A stretch of 64,000 nucleotides of DNA from assembly GCA_963840455.1 (NCBI GenBank), contig CAWIYV010000001.1, forward strand, positions 192,001-256,000, written 5' to 3'. The notes beneath the pieces are model-generated. The model was given only the letters and a program-made list of their open reading frames with translations. It was not told the DNA's origin and did not search any database. The translations under genes and the position numbers were made by a program. This document shows positions 19,644 through 28,993 of the stretch, one piece after another. This DNA is from Nitrospirota bacterium (lineage in GTDB: Bacteria; Nitrospirota; UBA9217). Position 1 is the first letter of the stretch. The number at the start of each line of letters is the position of its first letter.

Positions 19644-20474
19644 CTACCGGCCCGTACCTGCCTCTTTCTTTTCGAGCACCGCGTTCAGGCTCCCGGTGCG
19701 ATAGCCTTCGAGGTCGAGGCAAATGTAGACATACCCCAGTTCCTTGAATGCGTCCACGATCCGCTGCCGCACGTCTCCGGCGGCAAGGCGGACGAGGTCA
19801 TCCTGCTCGACCTCGATGCGCGCCGTGTCGCCATGATGGCGAACTCGGACCTGGCGAATGCCGAGGCCGCGGATGGCGTCCTCCGCGGCCTGGATGTTCT
19901 TGAGCAGATCGCGAGTAATGGGGGTACCATACGGTATGCGCGAGGAAAGACAGGCGAGGGAAGGCTTGTCCCACATGGGCATGTCCATGCGCCGGGCAAG
20001 GTCCCGGACCTCCTGCTTGGTGAGGCCCGCTTCCGCAAGGGGGCTGCGCACGGAGAACTCCCCGGCTGCTTTCCTGCCCGGCCGGTGATCGCGGAGATCG
20101 TCGATGTTCGTACCGTCCAGGATGTACGCGATCCCTTCGGCATCGGCGATCTGCCGAAGCTTGCCGAACAGTTCCTGTTTGCAGTGGTAGCAGCGGTCCG
20201 GCGCGTTCCGGGAGAACTCGTCCCGGGTGAGCTCTTCAGTAGCCAGGATGCGGTGCCGGACACCGAGCGACGCCGCGAATCTCTTCGCGGGTTCAAGTTC
20301 GGCCGGCGGGTAGGTCTCGGAGATGGCGGTAACGGCAATAAGGTTAGGGCCAAGGACCTCGGATGCGGCGCGGAGGAGGACAGAACTGTCGACGCCGCCG
20401 GAATAGGCGAGAACGGCCAGCTTCATCTCGCGTAACAGGGACCGCAGCCGGTCCCACTTTTCATCGGTCTGCAT
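19644..20474 (-). CDS. larE: LarE-like ATP-dependent sulfur transferase
   Basis: PP-loop YSGGVDS; CYHCK; ACLSSRIPYG; RVRHHG. Confidence 0.85.
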   Translation of the reverse strand: MQTDEKWDRLRSLLREMKLAVLAYSGGVDSSVLLRAASEVLGPNLIAVTAISETYPPAELEPAKRFAASLGVRHRILATEELTRDEFSRNAPDRCYHCKQELFGKLRQIADAEGIAYILDGTNIDDLRDHRPGRKAAGEFSVRSPLAEAGLTKQEVRDLARRMDMPMWDKPSLACLSSRIPYGTPITRDLLKNIQAAEDAIRGLGIRQVRVRHHGDTARIEVEQDDLVRLAAGDVRQRIVDAFKELGYVYICLDLEGYRTGSLNAVLEKKEAGTGR

Positions 20475-20481
20475 TGCGGCG

Positions 20482-20511
20482 ATAATAACACAGCACGAAC
20501 GTAAGTGTCAA
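20482..20511 (-). promoter_or_regulatory. Sigma70 promoter; leaderless larE
   Basis: TTGACA-18-TATTAT; ATG 7 nt downstream. Confidence 0.55.
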
Positions 20512-20545
20512 TAAAGTCCTTGCGGGCAAGGCGCTTTCCGGCCCG

Positions 20546-21343
20546 TTACTTCTTCGCCATGCCCTGGATGTATCCCAGTTTGAGGGAGAGGGCCGTCGCC
20601 GCCTCCTGGACCTTCAAAGCAACGCCGCCTTTATCAAGACGGTCGTCGCCAAGGCGGTTGGCCGGAGCGATGATGCCCAGTGCAGCGATCACTCTCTTCG
20701 AAAAATCCCTGACCGGCGCGGCAACGCTCTTCACGTCAAGGTCGCACTCCTCGTTCTCGACCGCATATCCCCGCTCCTTGATCCCTTTGAGCTCGATAAG
20801 GAGGGCATCGCGGGTTCGCAGCGTGCGGGGTGTGACTGCGGGAAGCTCGTTCTCGGGATACAGGTGCTCGATCTCTCCCGGCGGGAGGAAAGACAAATTA
20901 GCCTTGCCGACCGCGGTGCAGTGAGCGGGAAGCATGGCCCCGACACGGGACACCGCCCGGACCGTCCGGTCCGTCTCGACGCTGTCCATGTAGATGACCT
21001 TGGTCGCCCGCAGGACCGCCACGACCGCAGTCTCACCGGTGGACACCATCAGGTCCTCCAGGATGGGCCGGGCCTGCCGCCGGCACTCGCGCTGCTCAAT
21101 GAAAATCGAACCGAGCTGCAGGGTCTTGGGCCCGAGACGGTAGTTCTCCGTATCACGGTTCTGCTCGATATAGCCGCGGTGCTCCAGCGTGGCGAGCAGG
21201 CGAAAGACATTGTTCTTGTGCAGTCCGAGGCGCTTGGAAAGTTCCGTCACGCCGAGCTCGTCGTCCGTCTTAGTGAAGGACTCAAGGATATCGAGTGCGT
21301 GGGAAACGGACTGGATCAGGTAGTTTTCTTTATCCCGTTTCAT
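20546..21343 (-). CDS. IclR-family transcriptional regulator
   Basis: N-terminal HTH; PAHCTAVGKA effector-domain motif. Confidence 0.9.
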   Translation of the reverse strand: MKRDKENYLIQSVSHALDILESFTKTDDELGVTELSKRLGLHKNNVFRLLATLEHRGYIEQNRDTENYRLGPKTLQLGSIFIEQRECRRQARPILEDLMVSTGETAVVAVLRATKVIYMDSVETDRTVRAVSRVGAMLPAHCTAVGKANLSFLPPGEIEHLYPENELPAVTPRTLRTRDALLIELKGIKERGYAVENEECDLDVKSVAAPVRDFSKRVIAALGIIAPANRLGDDRLDKGGVALKVQEAATALSLKLGYIQGMAKK

Positions 21344-21369
21344 GGATGTGCGTCGAGCCTCCGCGGCAA

Positions 21370-21795
21370 TCACCGCGCTGCAGGGAAGGTCCCCGGCTGT
21401 TTACCGGTCATGACCGGATATCCCCTCCCATTCCACTCGGGCATACCGCCCTGGAAGACCATGAGGTACGTATAGCCCAGTCCCGCCGCCGAACCCGCGG
21501 CGGCCTTGCTGAGCGTTCAACCGACCCCGCGGCAGTAGAAGATGAGCGGTGCGGTCTTGTCCTTCGGAAGCCTTCTTTTCTCCGCCGCGATCCGTTCGGC
21601 AGGGATATTGACAGCGCCGGGTATATGGCCTGCCAGGTACTCATCAGGAGACCGCACATCGATGAGAGCGGCCTTCTTCTCCCCTGTCATCAAACCCGCG
21701 ATCTGATCTGCACCGATGATGAGATATTGCGCTACTACCGCCGTTGCGGAGAAAAGAACGCTCAAAACTACCATGGCTGGTAAGCTCTTTCTCAT
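21370..21795 (-). CDS. Secreted rhodanese-domain protein, probable selenoprotein (TGA at 21517-21519)
   Basis: IDVR..EY..GHIPGA...FYCRGVG[TGA]TLSKAAA...GY...FQGGMPEW...GYP; domain complete only with read-through. Confidence 0.85.
21475..21514 (-). promoter_or_regulatory. Bacterial SECIS-like hairpin (rhodanese)
   Basis: Lower stem GCUCAG/CUGGGC, upper stem GCCGCCG/CGGCGGC, loop CGGGUU, directly 3' of UGA. Confidence 0.75.
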
Positions 21796-21958
21796 GGCCA
21801 TGTCCCTCCTCATTGTTGTAAAACAAGTGTTTACTTATTAAATCAGCAGCGGGTTTTTGTCAAGATAAATAAACCGAAGGTCAATCTTCGCTATTGCAAT
21901 GGCGCGGTGCGGAAGGGTATTATTCACCACTCTGGTAGCACCTTCAGGGAGGTTTTTT

Positions 21959-22957
21959 TTGAGGAACAAAGCTGTCGCCCTCATTTCGGGCGGACTTGAT
22001 AGTGTACTTGCCGCTCGGGTCGTCATGGAGCAGGGCTACGAGGTTACCGGCCTGTACTTCACGTCACCCTTTTCCAAATCCTACGGGAGCGAAGAGCTCA
22101 CCCCCGCCGCCACGGTTTCCCGGACTATCGGCATCGACCTCCGCGTCATGGACCTGGGACAGCCCTATATCGACCTCATCAGGAACCCGAAACATGGTTA
22201 CGGAAAGAACATCAACCCCTGCATCGACTGCAAGATCCATATGCTGGAACGGGCGAAAGCGGTCATGGACGAGATCGGAGCGCCCTTTGTGGTCACCGGC
22301 GAGGTTCTGGGCCAGCGGCCCATGTCCCAGCGTCGCGACACGCTTCACATCATCGAACGCGATTCCGGCCTCAAGGGGCTTATCTTGCGCCCGCTTTCGG
22401 CGACCCTTCTCCCGCCCACCCGGGCGGAGCAGGACGGGCTCATCGCCCGCGACAAGCTCCTGGGCATCAGCGGCCGCAGCAGGACGGTGCAGCTTCAGTT
22501 GGCGGAGCGTTTCGGCATCCAGGGTTTCTCCACGCCTGCGGGAGGATGCCTGCTGACGGACAAGAACTTCGCCGAGAAGCTCCGCGACCTCTTCCAGGAC
22601 CAGGAGACGATCACCCCCCACGACATCCAGCTCCTGACCGTAGGCCGGCATTTCAGGTTCGACAGCGGCGTCAAGATCGTGGTGGGCCGGAACAACCGGG
22701 AGAACCATGTCCTGATGGCCCTCGCCGCGCACGGCTACCATCTCTTCATGCCCCATGGCTTCCCCGGCCCGGTGGCCCTCTTTTCCGGAACTCCCGATCC
22801 CGAGGTAATGCAGGCCATCGGCAGGCTCATCATCACGTACAGCAAACAGGCCCCGGGCCAAGTCCGCCGCATCCGTTTCGGCAGCGAGATATTCGACCCT
22901 GGAGATCCGCTCCCCATCCAGTCCATGGGACTCAAGAAGATCGGTACCAAGCACTGA
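21959..22957 (+). CDS. PP-loop tRNA thiolase-like protein (ThiI/MnmA-related)
   Basis: TTG start with AGGGAGG RBS; SGGLDS, PCIDCK, GEVLGQRPMSQ, GGCLLT, GRHFR. Confidence 0.8.
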   Translation: MRNKAVALISGGLDSVLAARVVMEQGYEVTGLYFTSPFSKSYGSEELTPAATVSRTIGIDLRVMDLGQPYIDLIRNPKHGYGKNINPCIDCKIHMLERAKAVMDEIGAPFVVTGEVLGQRPMSQRRDTLHIIERDSGLKGLILRPLSATLLPPTRAEQDGLIARDKLLGISGRSRTVQLQLAERFGIQGFSTPAGGCLLTDKNFAEKLRDLFQDQETITPHDIQLLTVGRHFRFDSGVKIVVGRNNRENHVLMALAAHGYHLFMPHGFPGPVALFSGTPDPEVMQAIGRLIITYSKQAPGQVRRIRFGSEIFDPGDPLPIQSMGLKKIGTKH

Positions 22958-23052
22958 CACTCCTCCCGCTTGACGTCCTTTTTTCCCCCGTCATGTTGAA
23001 TTCTGTGCAATAATTCTATTGATGAGCAATTGCTCGCGACTCTGAGGTGAGC

Positions 23053-24138
23053 ATGCCGGAAATTACGATCGAGGCGTTACAGGACTATCTCCAGCGGCTT
23101 TTGGGGGTGCCGGTACGGGTACTTTCCCTGTGCGAGCACGGTAAGCAGGAGCTCACAGGAGATCTTAAGGCCTTCGGCTACGGCACGCCGGTCTTCCTCG
23201 AATACGAGACCGGCGGAACGAGAAAGCAGGCCGTACTCGAGACCATGTCTCCCTCGCCCTTCGGACACGATCACTTTTCGGACCGCGCCCAGGCCATTCT
23301 CTGGGAACACTCTGCATTCAACGATCTTCCCCGCCATGTGCGTTCGCTCGACAGCGGTGCTTTTCTCCGGTCCGGGAAGATCGTCTCGACAGGCCAGGCC
23401 GAGGAGTTCTTCCTGCTCACCGAGTTCATCGAAGGCCAGGGTTATTTCAGGGACCTTGACCGCATTGCCGCTACCGGAGTCGCCGCCGCTGCGGACCATG
23501 AGCGGTCGATGTCCCTGTCGAACTACCTGGTGGAGATACACTCACGAAAACTCGACTCCCCGGCATTGTACACCCGCCGCATCCGGGACCTCCTGGGGCA
23601 TGGCGAGTGCGTTATGGGGCTGATCGACAACTACCCTGACCACTACGAATTCATCGACCAGGACCTTTTGCGCAAGATCGAATCCGCATGCGTGAGCTGG
23701 CGCTGGCGGGTCAAGCACCGCGGCCACCGCCTCTGCCAGGTGCACGGCGATTTCCATCCCTGGAACATCCTGTTCCGTGAAGGCACCGACTTTACCCTCC
23801 TCGATCGTTCACGGGGGGAATGGGGAGAACCGGCCGATGATGTCACCTGCCTGACCATCAATTATCTGTTCTCTTCCTTACTTCGCTCCGGCAGGCTCAC
23901 CGAACCGTTCGAAACGCTGTTCAGAAAGTTCTGGGACACCTACCTCGAAAGGACCAACGATACCGAAATGACCAAGGTCGCTCCACCGTTCTATGCATGG
24001 CGCGGTCTTGTGATCGGCAGCCCGGTATGGTATCCCCGCCTGCCGGACGGGGTACGCAGGACCATTTTCAATTTCATCGTGAACGTGCTCGCTGCGGACC
24101 AGTTCGATTTCACGGACGTGAACAGGTATCTGGCATGA
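23053..24138 (+). CDS. APH/choline-kinase-like phosphotransferase
   Basis: Brenner motif VHGDFHPWNILF followed by LLDRSRGEWGEPADD. Confidence 0.75.
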   Translation: MPEITIEALQDYLQRLLGVPVRVLSLCEHGKQELTGDLKAFGYGTPVFLEYETGGTRKQAVLETMSPSPFGHDHFSDRAQAILWEHSAFNDLPRHVRSLDSGAFLRSGKIVSTGQAEEFFLLTEFIEGQGYFRDLDRIAATGVAAAADHERSMSLSNYLVEIHSRKLDSPALYTRRIRDLLGHGECVMGLIDNYPDHYEFIDQDLLRKIESACVSWRWRVKHRGHRLCQVHGDFHPWNILFREGTDFTLLDRSRGEWGEPADDVTCLTINYLFSSLLRSGRLTEPFETLFRKFWDTYLERTNDTEMTKVAPPFYAWRGLVIGSPVWYPRLPDGVRRTIFNFIVNVLAADQFDFTDVNRYLA

Positions 24139-24662
24139 ACGGAAGGGAAGGCTTCGCAATCTGGATAACGGGCATCCCGGCATCGGGCAAAAGCGCGATA
24201 ACCCGGGAGCTGGTCGCCCGCATGAACAGCCAAGGGCTCTCGGCGGCAGTGCTGGAATCCGATGCCCTGAGGACGATCCTGACCCCGGAGCCTACCTTTG
24301 GCAGCAACGAACGGGATCATTTCTACCTTCAGATGGCGCAGCTCGGAGCAATGCTGACCCGCCAGGGCATCCCGGTCATTTTCGATGCAACTGCCAACCG
24401 GCGCGCTTACCGTGATCATGCCCGTACCTTGATACCCCGTTTTGTCGAGGTCTTCGTCAGCTGTACCTTGGACATCTGCAGGGAACGGGACCCCAAAGGC
24501 ATCTACGCCGCTGCTGCGCGGGGGGCTGCCTCGAACGTGCCTGGCATGCAGGCAGTGTATGAACCTCCGCTGGCCCCTGAAGTGACCGTGGACTGCCGCG
24601 AAACTCCTCCCATCAACGCGGAGACTATCTTCACTCGAATCATGGCCCTCCACTACATATAA
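24135..24662 (+). CDS. Adenylyl-sulfate-kinase-like P-loop kinase
   Basis: WITGIPASGKS; RDPKGIY; YEPP..PE; ATGA overlap with upstream gene. Confidence 0.75.
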   Translation: MNGREGFAIWITGIPASGKSAITRELVARMNSQGLSAAVLESDALRTILTPEPTFGSNERDHFYLQMAQLGAMLTRQGIPVIFDATANRRAYRDHARTLIPRFVEVFVSCTLDICRERDPKGIYAAAARGAASNVPGMQAVYEPPLAPEVTVDCRETPPINAETIFTRIMALHYI

Positions 24663-24694
24663 ACAGATTTTTCCAGCCTATTAACGAAACTCAT

Positions 24695-24723
24695 TTGACC
24701 GGCCTACACCCTTCCGTTACAAT
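24695..24723 (+). promoter_or_regulatory. Sigma70 promoter
   Basis: TTGACC-17-TACAAT; ATG 11 nt downstream. Confidence 0.6.
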
Positions 24724-24734
24724 GTTCTGCAATT

Positions 24735-25181
24735 ATGGGTAAAAAAGTGACCTACGAGCGGTGGATTAACCTGTTTCTTCCTGATGGGTGGAGCGAGCGG
24801 GAGGAAATGGGTTTTGTGCTGTTGGAAAAAGAGAACTGGCCGGGCATGGTCCAACTGACCTTCATCGAGCGTGAGGAGGTCACGACGACGCCGTCCGAGG
24901 CGGCGAAGATCTATCTGGAGGACACCCTGGAGGAGCGGGACGTGCCCTTTCCCCGGGAGGCGGTCCGCATGGAGAACCGGGCAGAAGCTGGCGTTGCGGT
25001 CATCGACTACACCGACACGATCAGCAAGGACCCCGCCCACTGGCGCATCTGGTTCCTGGTTGACAAGACCCGCGCCATCATGGCCGCATATATCTGCGAC
25101 CCGGAGCATGATGGGCAACAGATCGATGAGGCCTCGCGGATCATCGCGGATCTGGAATTCATCCCGAGCACGAACGATTAG
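24735..25181 (+). CDS. Hypothetical acidic protein (possibly DUF3805/PsbP-like)
   Basis: 148-aa ORF with own promoter and terminator; LPDGW motif. Confidence 0.6.
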   Translation: MGKKVTYERWINLFLPDGWSEREEMGFVLLEKENWPGMVQLTFIEREEVTTTPSEAAKIYLEDTLEERDVPFPREAVRMENRAEAGVAVIDYTDTISKDPAHWRIWFLVDKTRAIMAAYICDPEHDGQQIDEASRIIADLEFIPSTND

Positions 25182-25205
25182 CATCACACGAGTACGGAAA
25201 ACAAC

Positions 25206-25237
25206 AATGGGGAAGGAGCCAGTGCTCCTTCCCCATT
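25206..25237. terminator. Intrinsic terminator between convergent genes
   Basis: 14-bp perfect stem AATGGGGAAGGAGC/GCTCCTTCCCCATT. Confidence 0.8.
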
Positions 25238-25261
25238 TCTCTGTTCTGCTCCTGTCGCGTT

Positions 25262-26623
25262 TTACACGTATTCTTTCAATTGCCTGCTCCGTGCCGGATG
25301 ACGGAGTTTTTTCAGTGCCTTGATCTCGATTTGGCGGATCCGTTCCCTCGTCAAATTGAAGTACTTGCCCACCTCTTCCAGCGTGTGCTCGCTGTTCACG
25401 CCAATGCCGAACCGCATACGGATGATCTTCTCTTCCCGTTCAGTGAGCGAGGACAGCACCTGTTCGATGCGGTATGAGGCCTCGCTGTTCTCAAGGGTCT
25501 TGAACGGCGATGTCGCCTTTTCATCGATGATCACATCTTTCAGTTCCTTCTCCTCGGACAGGATCGGCGTCTCCAACGACACCGGCTCCTGGATCGCACG
25601 AAGGATCTCGTTCACCCTCACTACGGACAGCCCCATGAGCTTTGCCACTTCCTCCGAAGACGGCTCACGTCCCTTCTCCCGCATGAACTTTGCATAGATA
25701 CGACTAATGCGGGTGCTTTCCTCGATAAGATGTACCGGGAGGCGGATGGTCCTTGCCTGGTCGAGGATCGCGCGGGTGATGCGTTGTCTGATCCACCACG
25801 TAGAATAGGTGCTGAACTTGGTGCCTTTCCCGGACTCGTACCGGTCGGCGGCCTTCATCAGACCGATGTTGCCCTCCTGGACCAGGTCCAGCAGCGTCAA
25901 TCCCCGGTTCACGTATTTTTTCGCGATCGACACGACCAGTCTCAGGTTCGCCGTAATAAGCTCGTCCTTCGCGACCTTCACCTTTTCCTCTTCTTTCTCG
26001 ATGCGTCCGACCAGGTCCTTCAGGACCTGCTCATCAAAACCGAGCTTCAGGGCTTCTGCGCAGCTGCCACGCTCGCACTGCTTTCCAAGGAACAGGATGC
26101 GCTTGATGATCTTTTCCACTTCCCGGAACGACAAGCTCATCTCGCGCATGGTCGCGTTGACGCGTTCGAGATCATTCCGGGCGAGCTGCCGCTTCAGCCT
26201 GCTGTAGAGACGCATGAACTCCGCCTCGTAGCTGTCGCTCCACTCGCCGGGGAAGCGCAGAACGTCCTGGGCCTTTACCAGGCCCTGCTTGACGTTCTGG
26301 CCCAGTGCCAGGATGCGCGGTATTGCCAGCGGAGAACTGAACGCGATCTCCTTGAGCGCGGCCTTCCCTCCCTCTAGCATCCGCACGAAATGCTGTTCCT
26401 CGTCGATCTTAAGCATGGGATATCTTCCCACCGACTTCAGATAGGTATCGACAAGGTCCGCACCGCCCACCTCTTCAACGGCCTCCTGGATCTCGGCTAT
26501 TGCGGGCTCCTCGACCTCATCTTCCTCGATGAGATCCTCGGCCAAGTCCTCGACCAGCCCTTCAGGGATACCCTCAGGATATGCGTTACTGCTCTTTTCT
26601 TCTGTTATTGTTGTCTTGGTCAT
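25262..26623 (-). CDS. RNA polymerase sigma70-family factor (RpoD/RpoS-like)
   Basis: ANLRLVVSIAKKY, DLVQEGNIGLM, KFSTYSTWWIRQ, TRERIRQIE. Confidence 0.92.
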   Translation of the reverse strand: MTKTTITEEKSSNAYPEGIPEGLVEDLAEDLIEEDEVEEPAIAEIQEAVEEVGGADLVDTYLKSVGRYPMLKIDEEQHFVRMLEGGKAALKEIAFSSPLAIPRILALGQNVKQGLVKAQDVLRFPGEWSDSYEAEFMRLYSRLKRQLARNDLERVNATMREMSLSFREVEKIIKRILFLGKQCERGSCAEALKLGFDEQVLKDLVGRIEKEEEKVKVAKDELITANLRLVVSIAKKYVNRGLTLLDLVQEGNIGLMKAADRYESGKGTKFSTYSTWWIRQRITRAILDQARTIRLPVHLIEESTRISRIYAKFMREKGREPSSEEVAKLMGLSVVRVNEILRAIQEPVSLETPILSEEKELKDVIIDEKATSPFKTLENSEASYRIEQVLSSLTEREEKIIRMRFGIGVNSEHTLEEVGKYFNLTRERIRQIEIKALKKLRHPARSRQLKEYV

Positions 26624-26650
26624 GGCAAATGCCTTTCTCTCTCTTGTTTA

Positions 26651-26678
26651 ATTATAGCAAAAACGTTAACTGGGTCAA
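26651..26678 (-). promoter_or_regulatory. Proximal sigma70 promoter of the sigma gene
   Basis: TTGACC-16-TATAAT with extended TG. Confidence 0.6.
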
Positions 26679-26784
26679 ACAATTAATTCCCGACCATCTC
26701 GCACGGATTATGCAGAGTGTTACATCCTAGGTCTGTCAGTTATTAGACACCCGAAAACATAACTGGTTGGCCTAAATGGGACTT

Positions 26785-26813
26785 ATTCTATCCTTAATAG
26801 AAAGCACTTGCAA
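26785..26813 (-). promoter_or_regulatory. Distal sigma70 promoter of the sigma gene
   Basis: TTGCAA-17-TAGAAT. Confidence 0.5.
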
Positions 26814-27047
26814 CTCCTTTTTTGCTCTGCCAACATTCCTCGTCATGCACAGTTTCCCGTCTTCACCTGACAGGTTGCTCGTCTACCTCTTCGGAGCAAG
26901 CGGGTTGGTGGGAATTGCGCTGGGGCACGGCTTCAAAGGAACGTTCCCAGTCGCTTATCACGGCATGCTTGGCGTAATGATCATATCCCTGATGCTCTAA
27001 CCTAGTTATCGGTTCTTCTTAGATGAGATCGTTCTGAGGCAAGACCG

Positions 27048-27452
27048 ATGAAAATCATCGAAAAAGGCAGGCAAGGGATCAGGAAGGCATTAGAAGAATG
27101 TCTGGCGCTGCTGTTCTTACTGAAGGACCGAAGGGTGCATTGGCATGCAAAGCTCGTTGTCCTGCTTCCGTTGGCGTACATCGCCTCTCCGATCGACCTG
27201 ATCCCTGACGGCCTGATGTTCTTCGGGCAGATCGATGACCTGATCGTTGTCAGGTTCAGCTATGCTCTATTAAAGACCATCATCGACCCCGCGGTGCTGG
27301 AGGACTGCCGCGAACAGTCACGGGCGCTTCTGTCCGAGCGGGGGAAGCATCGCATGAAATTCGCCATAGCTTTCTCGGCGATCTGGATATTCTTGTTGAC
27401 CTTCCCGGCCATCTATCTTTTCAAGAAGATCCAGCGTCTCAGCACCCTGTAA
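27048..27452 (+). CDS. DUF1232 (YkvA) membrane protein
   Basis: YIASPIDLIPD...GQIDD. Confidence 0.85.
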   Translation: MKIIEKGRQGIRKALEECLALLFLLKDRRVHWHAKLVVLLPLAYIASPIDLIPDGLMFFGQIDDLIVVRFSYALLKTIIDPAVLEDCREQSRALLSERGKHRMKFAIAFSAIWIFLLTFPAIYLFKKIQRLSTL

Positions 27453-27530
27453 GCTCTACCTCATGCCTCCCCGATCAGCTGCCACTCAACCTGACCACGT
27501 CCTCGACCTTCCGGGCCTGCCGGCAGCAGT

Positions 27531-28106
27531 CTACCTCAGCCCCCTGCTGCCCGGCTTCACCGGAGCGCTGCCGGCCTTGCACATCGGGCAGAACTCGGCA
27601 GCATAGCTTGGCACGGCAAGGGTGACCAGTGATCGGTAGGGCACGCCGAGGTCCGCTTTTCCGCCTGAGCGGTCCACCAAGGAGGCTGCGGCGATGACTG
27701 TGCCACCTGCCTTCTTGACGACCTCGATGGTCTCCCGCGTCGATTTCCCCGTCGTGATCACGTCCTCCACAACGAGCACCCGCTCGCCCGGTTTGATAGT
27801 GAATCCCCGACGAAGCGTGAGTTCCCCGTTCACCCGCTCGGCAAACAGCGCCCGGACGCCAAGAGCTCTTGCGGTCTCGTGCGAAACGAAGACGCCGCCC
27901 AATGCCGGAGCGATGACTGCCTCGATCCTTTGGTCCTTGAAGTGCGCTGCCAGCTCAGCGCAAAGCTTCGTTGCGATGTCCGGCTGCTGCAATACCAGCG
28001 CTGACTGCAAATACCGGTCGCTATGCAGTCCCGAGGACAGCAGAAAATGCCCGGAAAGCAGCGCCCCGGTCCTCCGATAAATGTCAAGCACCTCTTCCTG
28101 ATTCAC
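27531..28106 (-). CDS. pyrE: Orotate phosphoribosyltransferase
   Basis: GHFLLSSGLHS; VEDVITTGKS; GTG start with GGAGG RBS. Confidence 0.95.
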   Translation of the reverse strand: MNQEEVLDIYRRTGALLSGHFLLSSGLHSDRYLQSALVLQQPDIATKLCAELAAHFKDQRIEAVIAPALGGVFVSHETARALGVRALFAERVNGELTLRRGFTIKPGERVLVVEDVITTGKSTRETIEVVKKAGGTVIAAASLVDRSGGKADLGVPYRSLVTLAVPSYAAEFCPMCKAGSAPVKPGSRGLR

Positions 28107-28151
28107 AATGGGACCCTCCCGCACGTTTTGTCGCGTGCCTATCGCTTCAGC

Positions 28152-28889
28152 TCAGCAAGGATGCTGTCCGATCTCCCCGACGATCTTCTCGACAGCCGCC
28201 TGTCTATCGGCAGCCTTGAGCACCGGTCTCCCAACGACGATGTAATCAGCACCGCATGATATCGCCTCTCCCGGCGTCATGACCCGCTTCTGATCGTCCT
28301 TCCCGGCCCATGCGGGTCGCACCCCGGGCGTAAGGATCACAAAGCTCCCGCGTACGGATTTCCGCAGCATCTTGATCTCCTGGGGAGATGCAACTACGCC
28401 GCTCATGCCTGCCCGCTGTGCCAGTTTCGCCAGGTGCGACACCTCCCTGCGGAGCGATCGGTTGATCTTGAGGTCCCGTCGGAGCGCCAGATCGTCCATG
28501 CTTGTCAAAATAGTGACCGCAAGCACGAGCGGCCGCTGCAGGCCCTGCTTATCAGCTGTTTCCCGGGCTGCCCCAGCCGCAGCCTTCATCATGTCCATCC
28601 CACCCAAGGCATGAACATTAAAGATACTGACGCCGAGCTTGACCGCCTCAGCTGACGCCGTTGCGACCGTATTGGGGATGTCGTGATATTTAAGGTCCAG
28701 GAACACCCGGACGCCCTTCTCAATGATCCGGCGTACGATGTCCGGCCCATAAGCCGTGAAAAGCTGGTGGCCGACCTTAAACATGCCGACAGCGCCACGC
28801 AGCTCGTCCACAAGCGCCAGAGCCTCGCGATTGCTCTCGAGGTCCAAGGCGATGATGAGATGGTCTTTTGGTGCTGTCGTAATAGTCAT
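28152..28889 (-). CDS. pyrF: Orotidine-5'-phosphate decarboxylase
   Basis: FLDLKYHDIPNT; TPGVRP; DQKR; VVGRP. Confidence 0.95.
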   Translation of the reverse strand: MTITTAPKDHLIIALDLESNREALALVDELRGAVGMFKVGHQLFTAYGPDIVRRIIEKGVRVFLDLKYHDIPNTVATASAEAVKLGVSIFNVHALGGMDMMKAAAGAARETADKQGLQRPLVLAVTILTSMDDLALRRDLKINRSLRREVSHLAKLAQRAGMSGVVASPQEIKMLRKSVRGSFVILTPGVRPAWAGKDDQKRVMTPGEAISCGADYIVVGRPVLKAADRQAAVEKIVGEIGQHPC

Positions 28890-28993
28890 GGGTGCGAAAA
28901 AAGCCGCTGAAGAGAAGAGGATGCGGCTATAACAACCGTGCAGAAACAGTGAAGTACGCTCGGCCGGCCGTCTTCTTGGGGCATCCGGTGCGA

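Noticed and set aside
18237-20435. Long + strand ORFs (732 aa here; also 41270..43240, 44679..46298, 56158..57663)
   Set aside because: Antisense shadows of well-conserved - strand genes in GC-rich DNA, with no recognisable motifs.
26776-27000. 74-aa hydrophobic ORF
   Set aside because: Overlaps a predicted promoter, lacks an RBS and any motif; unsupported.
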